Under the pieces are notes generated by a model. That model worked only from the letters and a program-made list of their open reading frames with translations, searched no databases and had not been told where the DNA came from. The position numbers and the translations under genes are program-made. Positions 23,185 to 36,300 of a stretch of DNA of 64,000 nucleotides are shown one piece after another. Position 1 is the stretch's first letter. Every line of letters starts with the position of its first letter. The DNA comes from Anthoceros angustus (taxonomy: Eukaryota > Plantae > Anthocerotophyta): contig MU008165.1 of assembly GCA_010909165.1 (NCBI GenBank), positions 2,046,001-2,110,000 of the forward strand, given 5' to 3'.

Positions 23185-23639
23185 TCATCCATGCCTCGTC
23201 TCATCATCACTAACCACATCATTTATGCGGAAAATGCTCGATTATGTGTGTGAGAATCACATTCCTCAAGCGCATTTATTTGAAATAATGTCAATCCCAT
23301 TTATTGTTGCAATCATTTCATTCCGCATTTCATTGAGGATTTCATCTATTCTTGTCGCAGTTATGAAGCTCATCTATGTTTATCTCATCATCATGAAGAT
23401 TCGATCATTATCAACTTCAAGTATTAATCCTTTGCAATTGGGAAATGTGCATCTTGCATGATGATTATGCAACCATGGAGCAAGACATCGCTTGAAAGGA
23501 ATGAGAACATCGTCCACTTGTGTGATTTCTTGATGTTTTTAATTTCATCTTGACAAATGGTGCAATCCTTGACTTCGTCGCCATTATACATCCTTGTTCT
23601 CACCTTGAATGTTCTTCTAATTGAACTGTTATGCTCCAT
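23185..23639 (-). CDS. Small RING-H2 protein A (~150 aa, single copy, frameshifts in this consensus)
   Basis: Reconstruction: MEHNSS...DCTICQDEI...RCSHSFH-KRCLAPWLHNHHARCTFPNCKG, then an acidic/helical tail DEILNEMRNEMIATINGIDII...DVVSDDETRHG*. Confidence 0.8.
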
Positions 23640-23967
23640 CAGGATTTCCCTAACCCTAAATGAATTCTTCGCTTCCTTGGAATAAGGAATAATGTGGTAT
23701 TCTGGATGCAGTGATATGCCATATATTCGATGACAAACATATATAGTTGGGGGTCATGTAACTAGGTATTATCAGGTAAAAAAAGTTTTTTCTCGATAAC
23801 AAAATTGATAATAATTATAAATTGGTCTTACTATTTTAAATATTAGATAAAAATTATAAGATCTAATATATATGGTATCTATGTATGGAGTTGTGTTCAC
23901 TGCAGCTTCTTAAAGATAGGTAGATCTCTAGAGTTTAGGGTTTATAGGTAGATAGAGGTTCGCTAGG

Positions 23968-25680
23968 CTAAAGAGCAGCATATGTGACTTGTGTCTGTGT
24001 GTAGGACCCAGCTACCTGAGCGTCGTACGACGTTTCCGCCATGGTCTAGGGGCCCTACCATACGTGAATGCATGTCCATATGGCCCTTCGTATGCCACTA
24101 CGAGTGATGGGGAAAAATTGAAATGTGTATGAATTGAGAGTGTAAAACGTCTTGAAAGTCTCACCTGGTGTGAGCCTGTAGGTAAGCCTATTAAGGCCCT
24201 AGGTTGTGCAGTATTCGACCAATATATCGTTTTCCTGGTCTCATGGGGTTAGGAAGAGCCAACTTGCAGTTCTCTTGCAGCCCTTGCAGGTAGTGGATTA
24301 CCACCAGGTCGTGACACAAAGCCAGAACATTGCGTAGGAACGGCATCACATAAAGCCCTCAAGCTTGAGGCAAACTGGTTGGTGGAATCCTTTGACGAAT
24401 GATAGTGAGAAAGAGCTCATACATTTGCTGCCCGTGTGTATGTGTTCCCATACTAACAACCCCCTGTCTATAACTATATGTTACACATGTGCATAGGTAT
24501 ATCTAACAAAGTGGCACCCTCGGCGGGACCTGCACATTCAAGTGCAAAAGGCTTGATGTCCTAACCTAAGGCTGGCTTGTCATCTGACTCATCATTCGCT
24601 AAGCTTTCCTTCACGGCTCCTGTTTGCCTAACAAGCCAGGCACACAAATCCGTCGATCTCTTGATTTAGAAGGTTGCTTCTTGGGAAATGAAATGCTCTA
24701 CTAACCGAGTCCTTAGAGGTTTTGACTTCACGGAGGAGGAACTTGCTGCCTCGACTTCACGGAGGAGGAACTTGCTGCCTCGACTTAGTGAATAAAAATT
24801 CCAGAAATAGTCCCAATAGTAGTTCCCATGGGGCTTGTCAACACCCAAAGTGTATACCCTCATGTTTGTGCTTGATCATTAGATCCAAGTCTTCCAAGCA
24901 CCGTCGGGCAATTATTCTTTGGGGTCTTCCTCATCCCACACTATTGTTGCGATGTTGAACTTCTTAGGCTCGAGTCTTCGACAAGGTCCGTGATCATCCA
25001 TCCGCCGAAAGTTCGTCCACAAAAACATTGCGTCGGTCTAATTCTTTAGAGTTTTAAAGTGGTTTATTGACCATAGGCTGGTTTCTTACGTTCTTTGGGG
25101 TCCAATTCTTAAGAGTTTTAGAGTGATTTATTGAGGATAGGTTGATTTCTTACGTTCTTGAGGTCCAATTCTTAAGAGTTTTAAAGTGGTTTAGCGACAA
25201 TAGGCTGGTTTCTTCGTTCTTTGGGGTCCAATTCTTAAGAGTTTTAAAGTGGTTTAGTGACAATAGGCTGGTTTCTTACGTTCTTTGGGATTTTGGGAGC
25301 GCTCTTATCAATGTGCTTTGGTGAGGTGAATCGTGTCATCCTCATCCAAGCACATTCAAGCGTTAGGTGGCGATTTAGGCGGCTCATGTATCGTGTATGA
25401 TTTGGAGCTTTTGATCCTACATTGGCCATGTTATCGAGCTTGGCTGGTTGGATGGTGTCGTTTGAGGTTTACTTATGAGTCTCAAGCTTTGAGTGGATTG
25501 GGAGTTCGGAGGTAGTCGGTGTTTAGAGGTTCGTGTGTAGGTGTTCTTATTCAACATTGTCCACTTGTCTTTCTGGAGGTATTCGGTCTCATGTGAAGGT
25601 CTCTTTGGAGGGCTTTGTCCTATTTTGGTGTATATTTTCAACAAAACCAGAATTGTTTTGAAAAACCCATAAATATTCAT
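23968..25680 (-). pseudogene. Unknown protein with internal 21-aa repeats (first copy; present in every unit)
   Basis: MNIYGFFKTILVLLKIYTK..., then (KTLKNWTPKNEETSLLSLNHF)x~4, then RNVFVDEL...KKFNIATIVWDEEDP...RCLEDLDLMIKHKHEGIH...GNYYWDYFWNFYS. Continuity as one gene is inferred across frameshifts, and the distal part has stops. Confidence 0.5.
25040..25292. repeat. 63-bp tandem repeat, ~4 copies per unit
   Basis: CCAATTCTTAAGAGTTTTA at 25102, 25165 and 25228; period 63 bp = 21 codons. Confidence 0.92.
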
Positions 25681-25892
25681 GTAAATTTAATCAGAAAAAT
25701 GACTTATCTATACAAAAATAGAAGATAGTTATATGATAATTATTAAATAAATAACTAAAATAATCAAAATAATTCAAATGATTATTTAATACTTTCTTCT
25801 CAATATAAATGAGATGATCTAAATCATCTAGGTGTACTCGTTGGATAGGGTGGCTCCATCTACAATAGGTGTACTCACTAGATGGGATGGCC

Positions 25893-26414
25893 CTATCCAC
25901 CATAGGATAGCGCCAAAGCTACTTGATCTGGATGCCTGTGTTCATATATAGCAAGACACCATTGCAATTCAACATACAAGAAAAGCCTTTCATCTTCGTC
26001 GTTACTTTGGATTGCATTTTCTCCATCTTGTCGGAAGCTTTGTTCAATCCGCGCATACGACATTATATCCATCTCTACTCTCCCACTCACAATATCTCTT
26101 ATCATTTGAATGTCCTCTTGGATGGAAATGAGGTCATTCGAAATTGATGTGGAAGATGACTTTCGTCTTGAGATGGTAAACCTTTTCGTAATCTCTTCTC
26201 TAAAGTGTATTTCACGTCTACATAATGGGCATGTACGTCACGCCACACATATGCAACCATGGATCTAAACATTTTTATGATACAAATGAGCACATATATT
26301 TTATTTTAGTAATCTCTGGCCCACCTCAAGACTATCAAGGCAAGCGGTTGGTGGAATCCTTTCTTCATTTTGATAAACATTTGTAGATACATTGTAAATT
26401 GAAGACGTGTTCAT
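25893..26414 (-). CDS. RING-H2 protein B (~170 aa). Further copies end at ~29848, 33805, 38701, 39997, 46293, 51443, 52697 and 56641, plus partials
   Basis: Consensus across copies: MNTSSIYNVSTNVYQNEEADDSSDCxxCLDSLEVGQEITKINICAHLYHKKCLDPWL...TCPLCRREIHF...QVALALSYGG*. Needs small indel corrections, including a 5A-to-6A homopolymer. Confidence 0.82.
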
Positions 26415-26449
26415 GATTCTAACGCAATATTCTGAGATGTTATGTAGGC

Positions 26450-27310
26450 TAGTATAACCGTAATGCACGAAGAATAGTAAATGTTATGAGAAAAACCTCT
26501 TCAAAAGGTTATGAAAATACCCTCTTTTCTAAGTATGTGAAAGAAGCATATACCTTCGCATATATAGGCCATCATTTTGATAATGACCTTGGATTTTGTA
26601 CATCTAAATTTGACCTACTTTTGTTTATTTTAGGCTGTCATTTTCTATTTTGTCCTTGGATTTCGATCATGTTTGGTTTTATTTTGTACTTGATTTGGCC
26701 CATGTGTCATTTTTATTTTGTCCTTGGATTTCGCCCATGTGAACTCTTTCAAGATATGTTTGAAGAACACGTACATCTCACATAGAGATTTAAAGGCGAT
26801 ATTCTTTTGAAAAGCATATTGTTAAAAAATTGAATGATTTTTGTGGAAAGAAAACAACGATAATCCTAAATCCTAACAAAACTACAACTAATGTTGTGCA
26901 TGACAACTTCGGTGCATAGCCAAGGATGCTAATACATGGAACGTAACAAGGCCATGAGGCGGGGCATGAGGTTAGGTGAAAACCAGGGTAAACCGGGGTC
27001 TTGAGATGATAAACCACTATTTGTATTCTCTTCTCTAAGTATACTTCACGTCTACATAGTGGGCATGTACGTCACGCCACACACATATGCAACCATGGAT
27101 CAAACATTTTTGTGATACAAATGAGCACATATGTTTATTTTAGTAATCTCTTGGCCCACCTCAAGTTTATCAAGGCAAAATTGCAGTCACTTGAATCATC
27201 GGCTTCTTCATTTTGATAAACATATGTAGATCCTCTCTATCTCTACTCTCTCAATAGAGTTTCTCATTAAGTAAGTTAAGTCGTTATAGTCGCTATGAAA
27301 ATCGTTATGT
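26450..27310 (-). CDS. RING-H2 protein C, a close paralogue of B in the RING but with a different C-terminus; one copy per unit
   Basis: CLDKLEVGQEITKINICAHLYHK (ORF 48726-48941), then TTCPLCRREVYFREENTNSG (ORF 48540-48722). Start, end and intactness are uncertain. Confidence 0.75.
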
Positions 27311-30300
27311 CTATTCGCACGGATACTAAATATTCATCTCCTTATTTTATATTTTATTATATTTTTAATAATAAACTAATTTAAACATCATATAATTAGA
27401 TTATAATAATAAAATCTTCATGATGATGAGATAAACACGGATGAGCTTCTTACAATGCACAAGACTAGATGAAAATCCTCAATGAAATGCGGAATGAAAT
27501 GATTGCAACAATAAATGGGATTGACATTATTTACGAAATAAATGCGTTGAGGAATGTGATTCTCACACACATAATCGAGCATTTTCCGCACATAAATGAT
27601 GTGGTTAGTGATGATGAGACGAGGCATGGATGAGTGTGGGTCCCTTTTCTACTAAGGTGGGTGATTCTAAATCTTTACCTAGCTCTTTGTCTATTATAGT
27701 CCACTTGATTGAATTTTCCTATAATAGGACTTGGTTCTTAACAACTTGTACTATAGTGTGCCTCAGCTATTCGCACCAAGGGTATCCACTCCTCTAGACA
27801 CCCCATCTAAGTATCGATCAAGCACAAGATGCTTAGTAACCACGTTCTTATAAATGTTGTCTATTTGGCTTAAGAAATGGTGGCATTTCTTCCTCTGTGA
27901 GCTCGTTTTGAAAGTGTCTTTTGTTTAAGCATGGTGGCGATAGCTGGAGGAGCTCTCCACCGTGCGCCTGAGACTTGCGCCTCTACATCACTAAAGAGCA
28001 TATGTGACTTGTGTCGTGTGTAGGACCTAGCTACAGGCGTCGTGCAGCGTTTCCGCCATGGTCTAGGGGCCCTACCATACGTGAATGCATGTCCATATGG
28101 CCCTTCGTGGTATGCCACTACGGTGATGGGGAAAAATTGAAATGTGTATGAATTGAGAGTGTAAAAGCGTCTTGAAAGTCTCACGGTGTGAGCTGTGGGT
28201 AAGCCTATTAAGGCCCTAGGTTGTGCGATTCACCAATATATCGTTTTCCTGGTCTCATGGGGTTAGGAAGAGCCAACTTGCGTTCTCTTGCAGCCCTTGC
28301 GGTAGTGGATTACCACCGTCGTGACACAAAGCGAACATTGCGTGAACGGCATCACATAAAGCCCTCAAGCTTGAGGCAAGCGGTTGGTGGAATCCTTTGA
28401 CGAATGATAGTGAGAAAGAGCTCATACATTTGCTGCCCGTGTGTATGTGTTCCCATACTAACATGTCTAAAACTATATGTTACACATGTGCATAGGTATA
28501 TCTAACAAAGTGGCACCCTCGGCGGGACCTCACATTCAAGTGCAAAAGGCTTGATGTCCTAACCTAAGGCTTGTCATCGACTCATCATTCGCTAAGCTTT
28601 CCTTCACGGCTCCTGTTTGCCTAACAAGCCGTGCACACAAATCCGTCGATCTCTTGATTTAGAAGGTTGCTTCTTGGGAAATGAAATGCTCTACTAACCG
28701 AGTCCTTAGAGGTTTTCGACTTCACGGAGGAGGAACTTGCCTCGACTTCCGTCGGAATAAAAATTCCAGAAATAGTCCCAATAGTAGTTCCCATGGGGCT
28801 TGTCAACACCCAGTGTATACCCTCGTGTTTGTGCTTGATCATTAGATCCAAGTCTTCCAAGCACCGTCAGGCGTTATTCTTTGGGGTCTTCCTCATCCCA
28901 CACTATTGTTGCGATGTTGAACTTCTTAGGCTCGAGTCTTGACAAGGTCCGTGATCATCCATCCGCCAGTTCGTCCACAAAAACATTGCGTCGTCTAATT
29001 CTTTAGAGTTTTAAAGTGGTTTATTGACCATAGGCTGGTTTCTTACGTTCGTGGGGTCCAATTCTTAAGAGTTTTAGAGTGATTTATTGAGGATAGGTTG
29101 ATTTCTTCGTTCTTGAGGTCCAATTCTTAAGAGTTTTAAAGTGGTTTATTGACAATAGGCTGGTTTCTTCGTTCTTTGGGGTCCAATTCTTAAGAGTTTT
29201 AAAGTGGTTTAGTGACAATAGGCTGGTTTCTTACGTTCTTTGGGATTTTGGAGCTCTTATCAATGTGCTTTGGTGAGGTGAATACGTGTCATCCTCATCC
29301 AAGCACATTCAAGCGATTAGGTGGCGATTTGGGCGGCTCATGTATCGTGTATGATTTGGAGCTTTTGATCCAACATTGGCCATGTTATCGAGCTTGGCTG
29401 GTTGGATGGTGTCGTTTGAGGTTTACTTCGTTATGAGTCTCAAGCTTTGAGTGGATTGGGAGTTCGGAGGTAGTCGGTGTTTAGGTTCGTGTGTAGGTGT
29501 TCTTATTCAACATTGTCCACTTGTCTGCTGGAGGTATTCGGTCTCGATGTGAAGGTCTCTTTGGAGGGCTTTGTCCTATTTTGGTGTATATTTTCAACAA
29601 AACCAGAATTGTTTTGAAAAACCCATAAATATTCATGTAAATTTAATCAGAAAAATGACTTATCTATACAAAATAGAAGATAGTTATATGATAATTATTA
29701 AATAAATAACTAAAATAATCAAAATAATTCAAATGATTATTTAATACTTTCTTCTCAATATAAATGAGATGATCTAAATCATCTAGGTGTACTCGTTGGA
29801 TAGGGTGGCTCCATCTACAATAGGTGTACTCACTAGATGGGATGGCCCTATCCACCATAGGATAGTGCCAAAGCTACTTGATCCGGATGCCTGTTCATAT
29901 ATAGCAAGACACCATTGCAATTCAACATACAAGAAAAGCCTTTCATCTTCTCGTTACTTTGGATTGCATTTTCTCCATCTTGTCGGAAGATTTGTTCAAT
30001 CCGCATCGACATTATATCCATCTCTACTCTCCACTCACAATATCTCTTATCATTTTGAATGTCCTCTTGGATGGAAATGAGGTCATTCGAAATTGATGTG
30101 GAAGATGACTTTCGTCTTGAGATGGTAAACCTTTTTATAATCTCTTCTCTAAAGTGTATTTCACGTCTACATAATGGGCATGTACGCGCCCGCACATATG
30201 TAACCATGGATCTAAACATTTTTATGATACAAATGAGCACATATATTTATTTTAGTAATCTCTGGCCCACCTCAAGACTATCAAGGCAAACAAAGACAAG

Positions 30301-33300
30301 TCACTTACGAATCATCGGCTTCTTCATTTTGATAAACATTTGTAGATACATTGTAAATTGAAGACGTGTTCATGATTTCTAACAATATTCTGATGTTATG
30401 TAGGCTAGTATAACCGTAATGCACGAAGAATAGTAAATGTTATGAGAAAAACCTCTTCAAAAGGTTATGAAAAATACCCTCTTTTCTAAAGTATGTGAAA
30501 GAAGCATATACCTTATATATAGGCCATCATTTTGATAATGACCTTGGATTTTGTACATCTAAAATTTGACCTACTTTTGTTTATTTTAGGCTGTCATTTT
30601 CTATTTTGTCCTTGGATTTCGATCATGTTTGGTTTTATTTTGTACTTGATTTGGCCATGTGTCATTTTTATTTTGTCCTTGGATTTCATGTGAACTCTTT
30701 CAAGATATGTTTGAAGAACACGTACATCTCACATAGAGATTTAAAGGCGGATATTCTTTTGAAAAGCATATTGTTAAAAAAATTGAATGATTTTTGTGGA
30801 AAAGAAAACAACGATAATCCTAAATCCTAACAAAACTACAACTAATGTTGTGCATGACAACTTCGATTAGCCAAGGATGCTAATACATGGGCTGTAACAA
30901 GGCCATGAGGCGGGGCATGAGGTTAGGTGAAAAACCAGGGTAAACCAGGTCTTGAGATGATAAACCACTATTTGTATTCTCTTCTCTAAAGTATACTTCA
31001 CGTCTACATAGTGGGCATGTACGTCACGCCACACACATATGCAACCATGGATCAAACATTTTTGTGATACAAATGAGCACATATGTTTATTTTAGTAATC
31101 TCTTGGCCCACCTCAAGTTTATCAAGGCAAGCACAAGTCACTTGAATCATCGGCTTCTTCATTTTGATAAACATATGTAGATCCTCTATCTCTACTCTCT
31201 CAATAGAGTTTCTCATTAAGTAAGTTAAGTCGTTATAGTCGCTATGAAAATCGTTATGTCTATTTACGGATACTAAATATTCATCTCCTTATTTTATATT
31301 TTATTATATTTTTAATAATAAACTAATTTAAACATCATATAATTAGATTATAATAATAAAATCTTCATGATGATGAGATAAACACGGATGAGCTTCTTAC
31401 AATGCACAAGACTAGATGAAATCCTCAATGAAATGCGGAATGAAATGATTGCAACAATAAATGGGATTGACATTATTTACGAAATAAATGCTTGAGGAAT
31501 GTGATTCTCACACACATAATCGAGCATTTTCCATATAAATGATGTGGTTAGTGATGATGAGGCGAGGCATGGATGAGTGTGGGTCCCTTTTCTACTAAGG
31601 TGGGTGATTCTAAATCTTTACCTAGCTCTTTGTCTATTATAGTCCACTTGATTGAATTTTCCTATAATAGGACTTGGTTCTTAACAACTTGTACTATAGT
31701 GTGCCTCACTATTCGCACCAAGGGTATCCACTCCTCTAGACACCCCATCTAAGTATCGATCAAGCACAAGATGCTTAGTAACCACGTTCTTATAAATGTT
31801 GTCTATTTGGCTTAAGAAATGGCATTTCTTCCCTCTGAGCTCGTTTTGAAAGTGTCTTTTTGTTTAAGCATGGTGGCGATAGCGCTGGAGGGGAGCTCTC
31901 CACCGTGCCAGCAACTGTTCAGACTTGCGCCTCTACATCACTAAAGAGCAGCATATGTGACTTGTGTCTATGTGTAGGACCCAGCTACCTGAGCGTCGTA
32001 CGACGTTTCCGCCATGGTCTAGGGGCCCTACCATACGTGAATGCATGTCCATATGGCCCTTCAAGGTATGCCACTACGAGTGATGGGGAAAAATTGAAAT
32101 GTGTATGAATTGAGAGTGTAAAACGTCTTGAAAGTCTCACATGGTGTGAGCCTGGGTAAGCCTATTAAGGCCCTAGGTTGTGCAAGATTCGACCAATATA
32201 TCGCTTTTCCTGGTCTCATGGGGTTAGGAAGAGCCAACTTGCAGTTCTCTTGCAGCCCTTGCGGTAGTGGATTACCACCGGTCGTGACACAAAGCGAACA
32301 TTGCGACGGCATCACATAAAGCCCTCAAGCTTGAGGCAAACTGGTTGGTGGAATCCTTTGGAATGATAGTGAGAAAGAGCTCATACATTTGCTGCCCGTG
32401 TGTATGTGTTCCCATACTAAAAACTATAACTATATGTTACACATGTGCATAGGTATATCTAACAAAGTGGCACCCTCGGCGGGACCTCACCACATTCAAG
32501 TGCAAAAGGCTTGATGTCCTAACCTAAGGCTGGCTTGTCATCGACTCATCATTCGCTAAGCTTTCCTTCACGGCTCCTGTTTGCCTAACAAGCCGGGCAC
32601 ACAAATCGATCTCTTGATTTAGAAGGTTGCTTCTTGGGAAATGAAATGCTCTACTAAGGAGTCCTTAGAGGTTTTCACTTCACGGAGGAGGAACTTGCTG
32701 CCTCGCGGAATAAAAATTCGAAATAGTCCCAATAGTAGTTCCCATGGGGCTTGTCAACACCAGTGTATACCCTCGTGTTTGTGCTTGATCATTAGATCCA
32801 AGTCTTCCAAGCACCGTCGGGCAATTATTCTGGGTCTTCCTCATCCCACACTATTGTTGCGATGTTGAACTTCTTAGGCTCGAGTCTTCTAACAAGGTCC
32901 GTGATCATCCATCCGCCATGAAAGTTCGTCACAAAAACATTGCGTCTAATTCTTTAGAGTTTTAAAGTGGTTTATTGACCATAGGCTGGTTTCTTCGTTC
33001 GTCGGGGTCCAATTCTTAAGAGTTTTAGAGTGATTTATTGAGGATAGGTTGATTTCTTACGTTCTTGAGGTCCAATTCTTAAGAGTTTTAAAGTGGTTTA
33101 TTGACAATAGGCTGGTTTCTTCGTTCTTTGGGGTCCAATTCTTAAGAGTTTTAAAGTGGTTTAGTGACAATAGGCTGGTTTCTTACGTTCTTGGGATTTT
33201 GGGAGCGCTCTTATCAATGTGCTTTGGTGAGGTGAATACGTGTCATCCTCATCCAAGCACATTCAAGCGATTAGGTGGCGATTTAGGCGGCTCATGTATC

Positions 33301-36300
33301 GTGTATGATTTGGAGCTTTTGATCCAACATTGGCCATGTTATCGCTTGGCTGGTTGGATGGTGTCGTTTGAGGTTTACTTCGTTATGAGTCTCAAGCTTT
33401 GAGTGGATTGGGAGTTCGGAGGTAGTCGGTGTTTAGGTTCGTGTGTAGGTGTTCTTATTCAACATTGTCCACTTGTCTTCTTTGGAGGTGTATTCGGTCT
33501 CGATGTGAAGGTCTCTTTGGAGGGCTTTGTCCTATTTTGGTGTATATTTTCAACAAAACCAGAATTGTTTTGAAAAACCCATAAATATTCATGTAAATTT
33601 AATCAGAAAAATGACTTATCTATACAAAAATAGAAGATAGTTATATGATAATTATTAAATAAATAACTAAAATAATCAAAATAATTCAAATGATTATTTA
33701 ATACTTTCTTCTCAATATAAATGAGATGATCTAAATCATCTAGGTGTACTCGTTGGATAGGGTGGCTCCATCTATAATAGGTGTACTCACTAGATGGGAT
33801 GGCCCTATCCACCATAGGATAGCGCCAAAGCTACTTGATCCGGATGCCTGTGTTCATATATAGCAAGACACCATTGCAATTCAACATACAAGAAAAGCCT
33901 TTCATCTTCGTTACTTTGGATTGCATTTTCTCCATCTTGTCGGAAGATTTGTTCAATCCGCATCGACATTATATCCATCTCTACTCTCCCACTCACAATA
34001 TCTCTTATCATTTTGAATGTCCTCTTGGATGGAAATGAGGTCATTCGAAATTGATGTGGAAGATGACTTTCGTCTTGAGATGGTAAACCTTTTCGTAATC
34101 TCTTCTCTAAAGTGTATTTCACGTCTACATAATGGGCATGTCACGCCACACATATGCAACCATGGATCTAAACATTTTTATGATACAAATGAGCACATAT
34201 ATTTATTTTAGTAATCTCCGCCCACCTCAAGACTATCAAGGCAAAGACAAGTCACTTGAATCATCGGCTTCTTCATTTTGATAAACATTTGTAGATACAT
34301 TGTAAATTGAAGACGTGTTCATGATTTCTAACGCAATATTCTGATGTTATGTAGGCTAGTATAACCGTAATGCACGAAGAATAGTAAATGTTATGAGAAA
34401 AACCTCTTCAAAAGGTTATGAAAAATACCCTCTTTTCTAAAGTATGTGAAAGAAGCATATACCTTCGCATATATAGGCCATCATTTTGATAATGACCTTG
34501 GATTTTGTACATCTAAATTTGACCTACTTTTGTTTATTTTAGGCTGTCATTTTCTATTTTGTCCTTGGATTTCGATCATGTTTGGTTTTATTTTGTACTT
34601 GATTTGGCCCATGTGTCATTTTTATTTTGTCCTTGGATTTCATGTGAACTCTTTCAAGATATGTTTGAAGAACACGTACATCTCACATGATGATTTAAAG
34701 CGGATATTCTTTTGAAAAGCATATTGTTAAAAAAATTGAATGATTTTGTGGAAAAACAACGATAATCCTAAATCCTAACAAAACTACAACTAATGTTGTG
34801 CATGACAACTACATTACATCTCACATGATGATTTAAAGGCGGATATTCTTTTGAAAAGCATATTGTTAAAAAAATTGAATGATTTTGTGGAAAGAAAACA
34901 ACGATAATCCTAAATCCTAACAAAACTACAACTAATGTTGTGCATGACAACTTCGATTGCATAGCCAAGGATGCTAATACATGGGGCTAACAAGGCCATG
35001 AGGCGGGGCATGAGGTTAGGTGAAAAACCAGGGTAAACCAGGTCTTGAGATGATAAACCACTATTTGTATTCTCTTCTCTAAAGTATACTTCACGTCTAC
35101 ATAGTGGGCATGTCACGCCACACACATATGCAACCATGGATCAAACATTTTTGTGATACAAATGAGCACATATGTTTATTTTAGTAATCTCTTGGCCCAC
35201 CTCAAGTTTATCAAGGCAAAGACAAGTCACTTGAATCATCGGCTTCTTCATTTTGATAAACATATGTAGATCCTCTATCTCTACTCTCTCAATAGAGTTT
35301 CTCATTAAGTAAGTTAAGTCGTTATAGTCGCTATGAAAATCGTTATGTCTATTCGCACGGATACTAAATATTCATCTCCTTATTTTATATTTTATTATAT
35401 TTTTAATAATAAACTAATTTAAACATCATATAATTAGATTATAATAATAAAATCTTCATGATGATGAGATAAACACAGATGAGCTTCTTACAATGCACAA
35501 GACTAGATGAAATCCTCAATGAAATGCGGAATGAAATGATTGCAACAATAAATGGGATTGACATTATTTACGAAATAAATGTTGAGGAATGTGATTCTCA
35601 CACATAATGAGCATTTTCCACATAAATGATGTGGTTAGTGATGATGAGGCAGGCATGGATGAGTGTGGGTCCCTTTTCTACTAAGGTGGGTGATTCTAAA
35701 TCTTTACCTAGCTCTTTGTCTATTATAGTCCACTTGATTGAATTTTCCTATAATAGGACTTGGTTCTTAACAACTTGTACTATAGTGTGCCTCAGCTATT
35801 CGCACCAAGGGTATCCTCCTCTAGACACCCCATCTAAGTATCGATCGAAGCACAAGATGCTTAGTAACCACGTTCTTATAAATGTTGTCTATTTGGCTTA
35901 AGAAATGGTGGCATTTCTTCCTCTGAGCTCGTTTTGAAAGTGTCTTTTGTTTAAGCATGGTGGCGATAGCTGGAGGAGCTCTCCACCGTGCCGACCTCGA
36001 GACTTGCGCCTACATCACTAAAGAGCGGCATATGTGACTTGTGTCGTGTGTAGGACCTAGCTACGGCGTCGTCGGCGTTTCCGCCATGGTCTAGGGGCCC
36101 TACCATACGTGAATGCATGTCCATATGGCCCTTGGTATGCCACTACGAGTGATGGGGAAAAATTGAAATGTGTATGAATTGAGAGTGTAAAAGCGTCTTG
36201 AAAGTCTCACGGTGTGAGCCTGTGGTAAGCCTATTAAGGCCCTAGGTTGTGCGATTCGACCAATATATCGTTTTCCGGTCTCATGGGGTTAGGAAGAGCC

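Larger units (their letters stand above)
22810..27991. repeat. ~590-bp inverted repeat (22810-23401 vs 27413-27991)
   Basis: ORF MWVPFSTKVGDSKSLPS lies on the minus strand at 22942-23184, and the same text is on the plus strand in every array unit. Confidence 0.92.

Noticed and set aside
25040-25292. 63-bp repeats as a CRISPR array
   Set aside because: The units are contiguous with no unique spacers, there are no cas genes, the context is eukaryotic, and the period fits a coding repeat.
26486-26785. Plus-strand hydrophobic ORF repeated in each unit, read as a membrane protein
   Set aside because: It is the T-rich antisense of the RING C tail, and its frame and length vary between copies.
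22810-27991. Element with 590-bp terminal inverted repeats (Mutator/Polinton-like)
   Set aside because: There is no TSD, the arm cuts through a gene, and the inverted arm recurs in one orientation in every unit.
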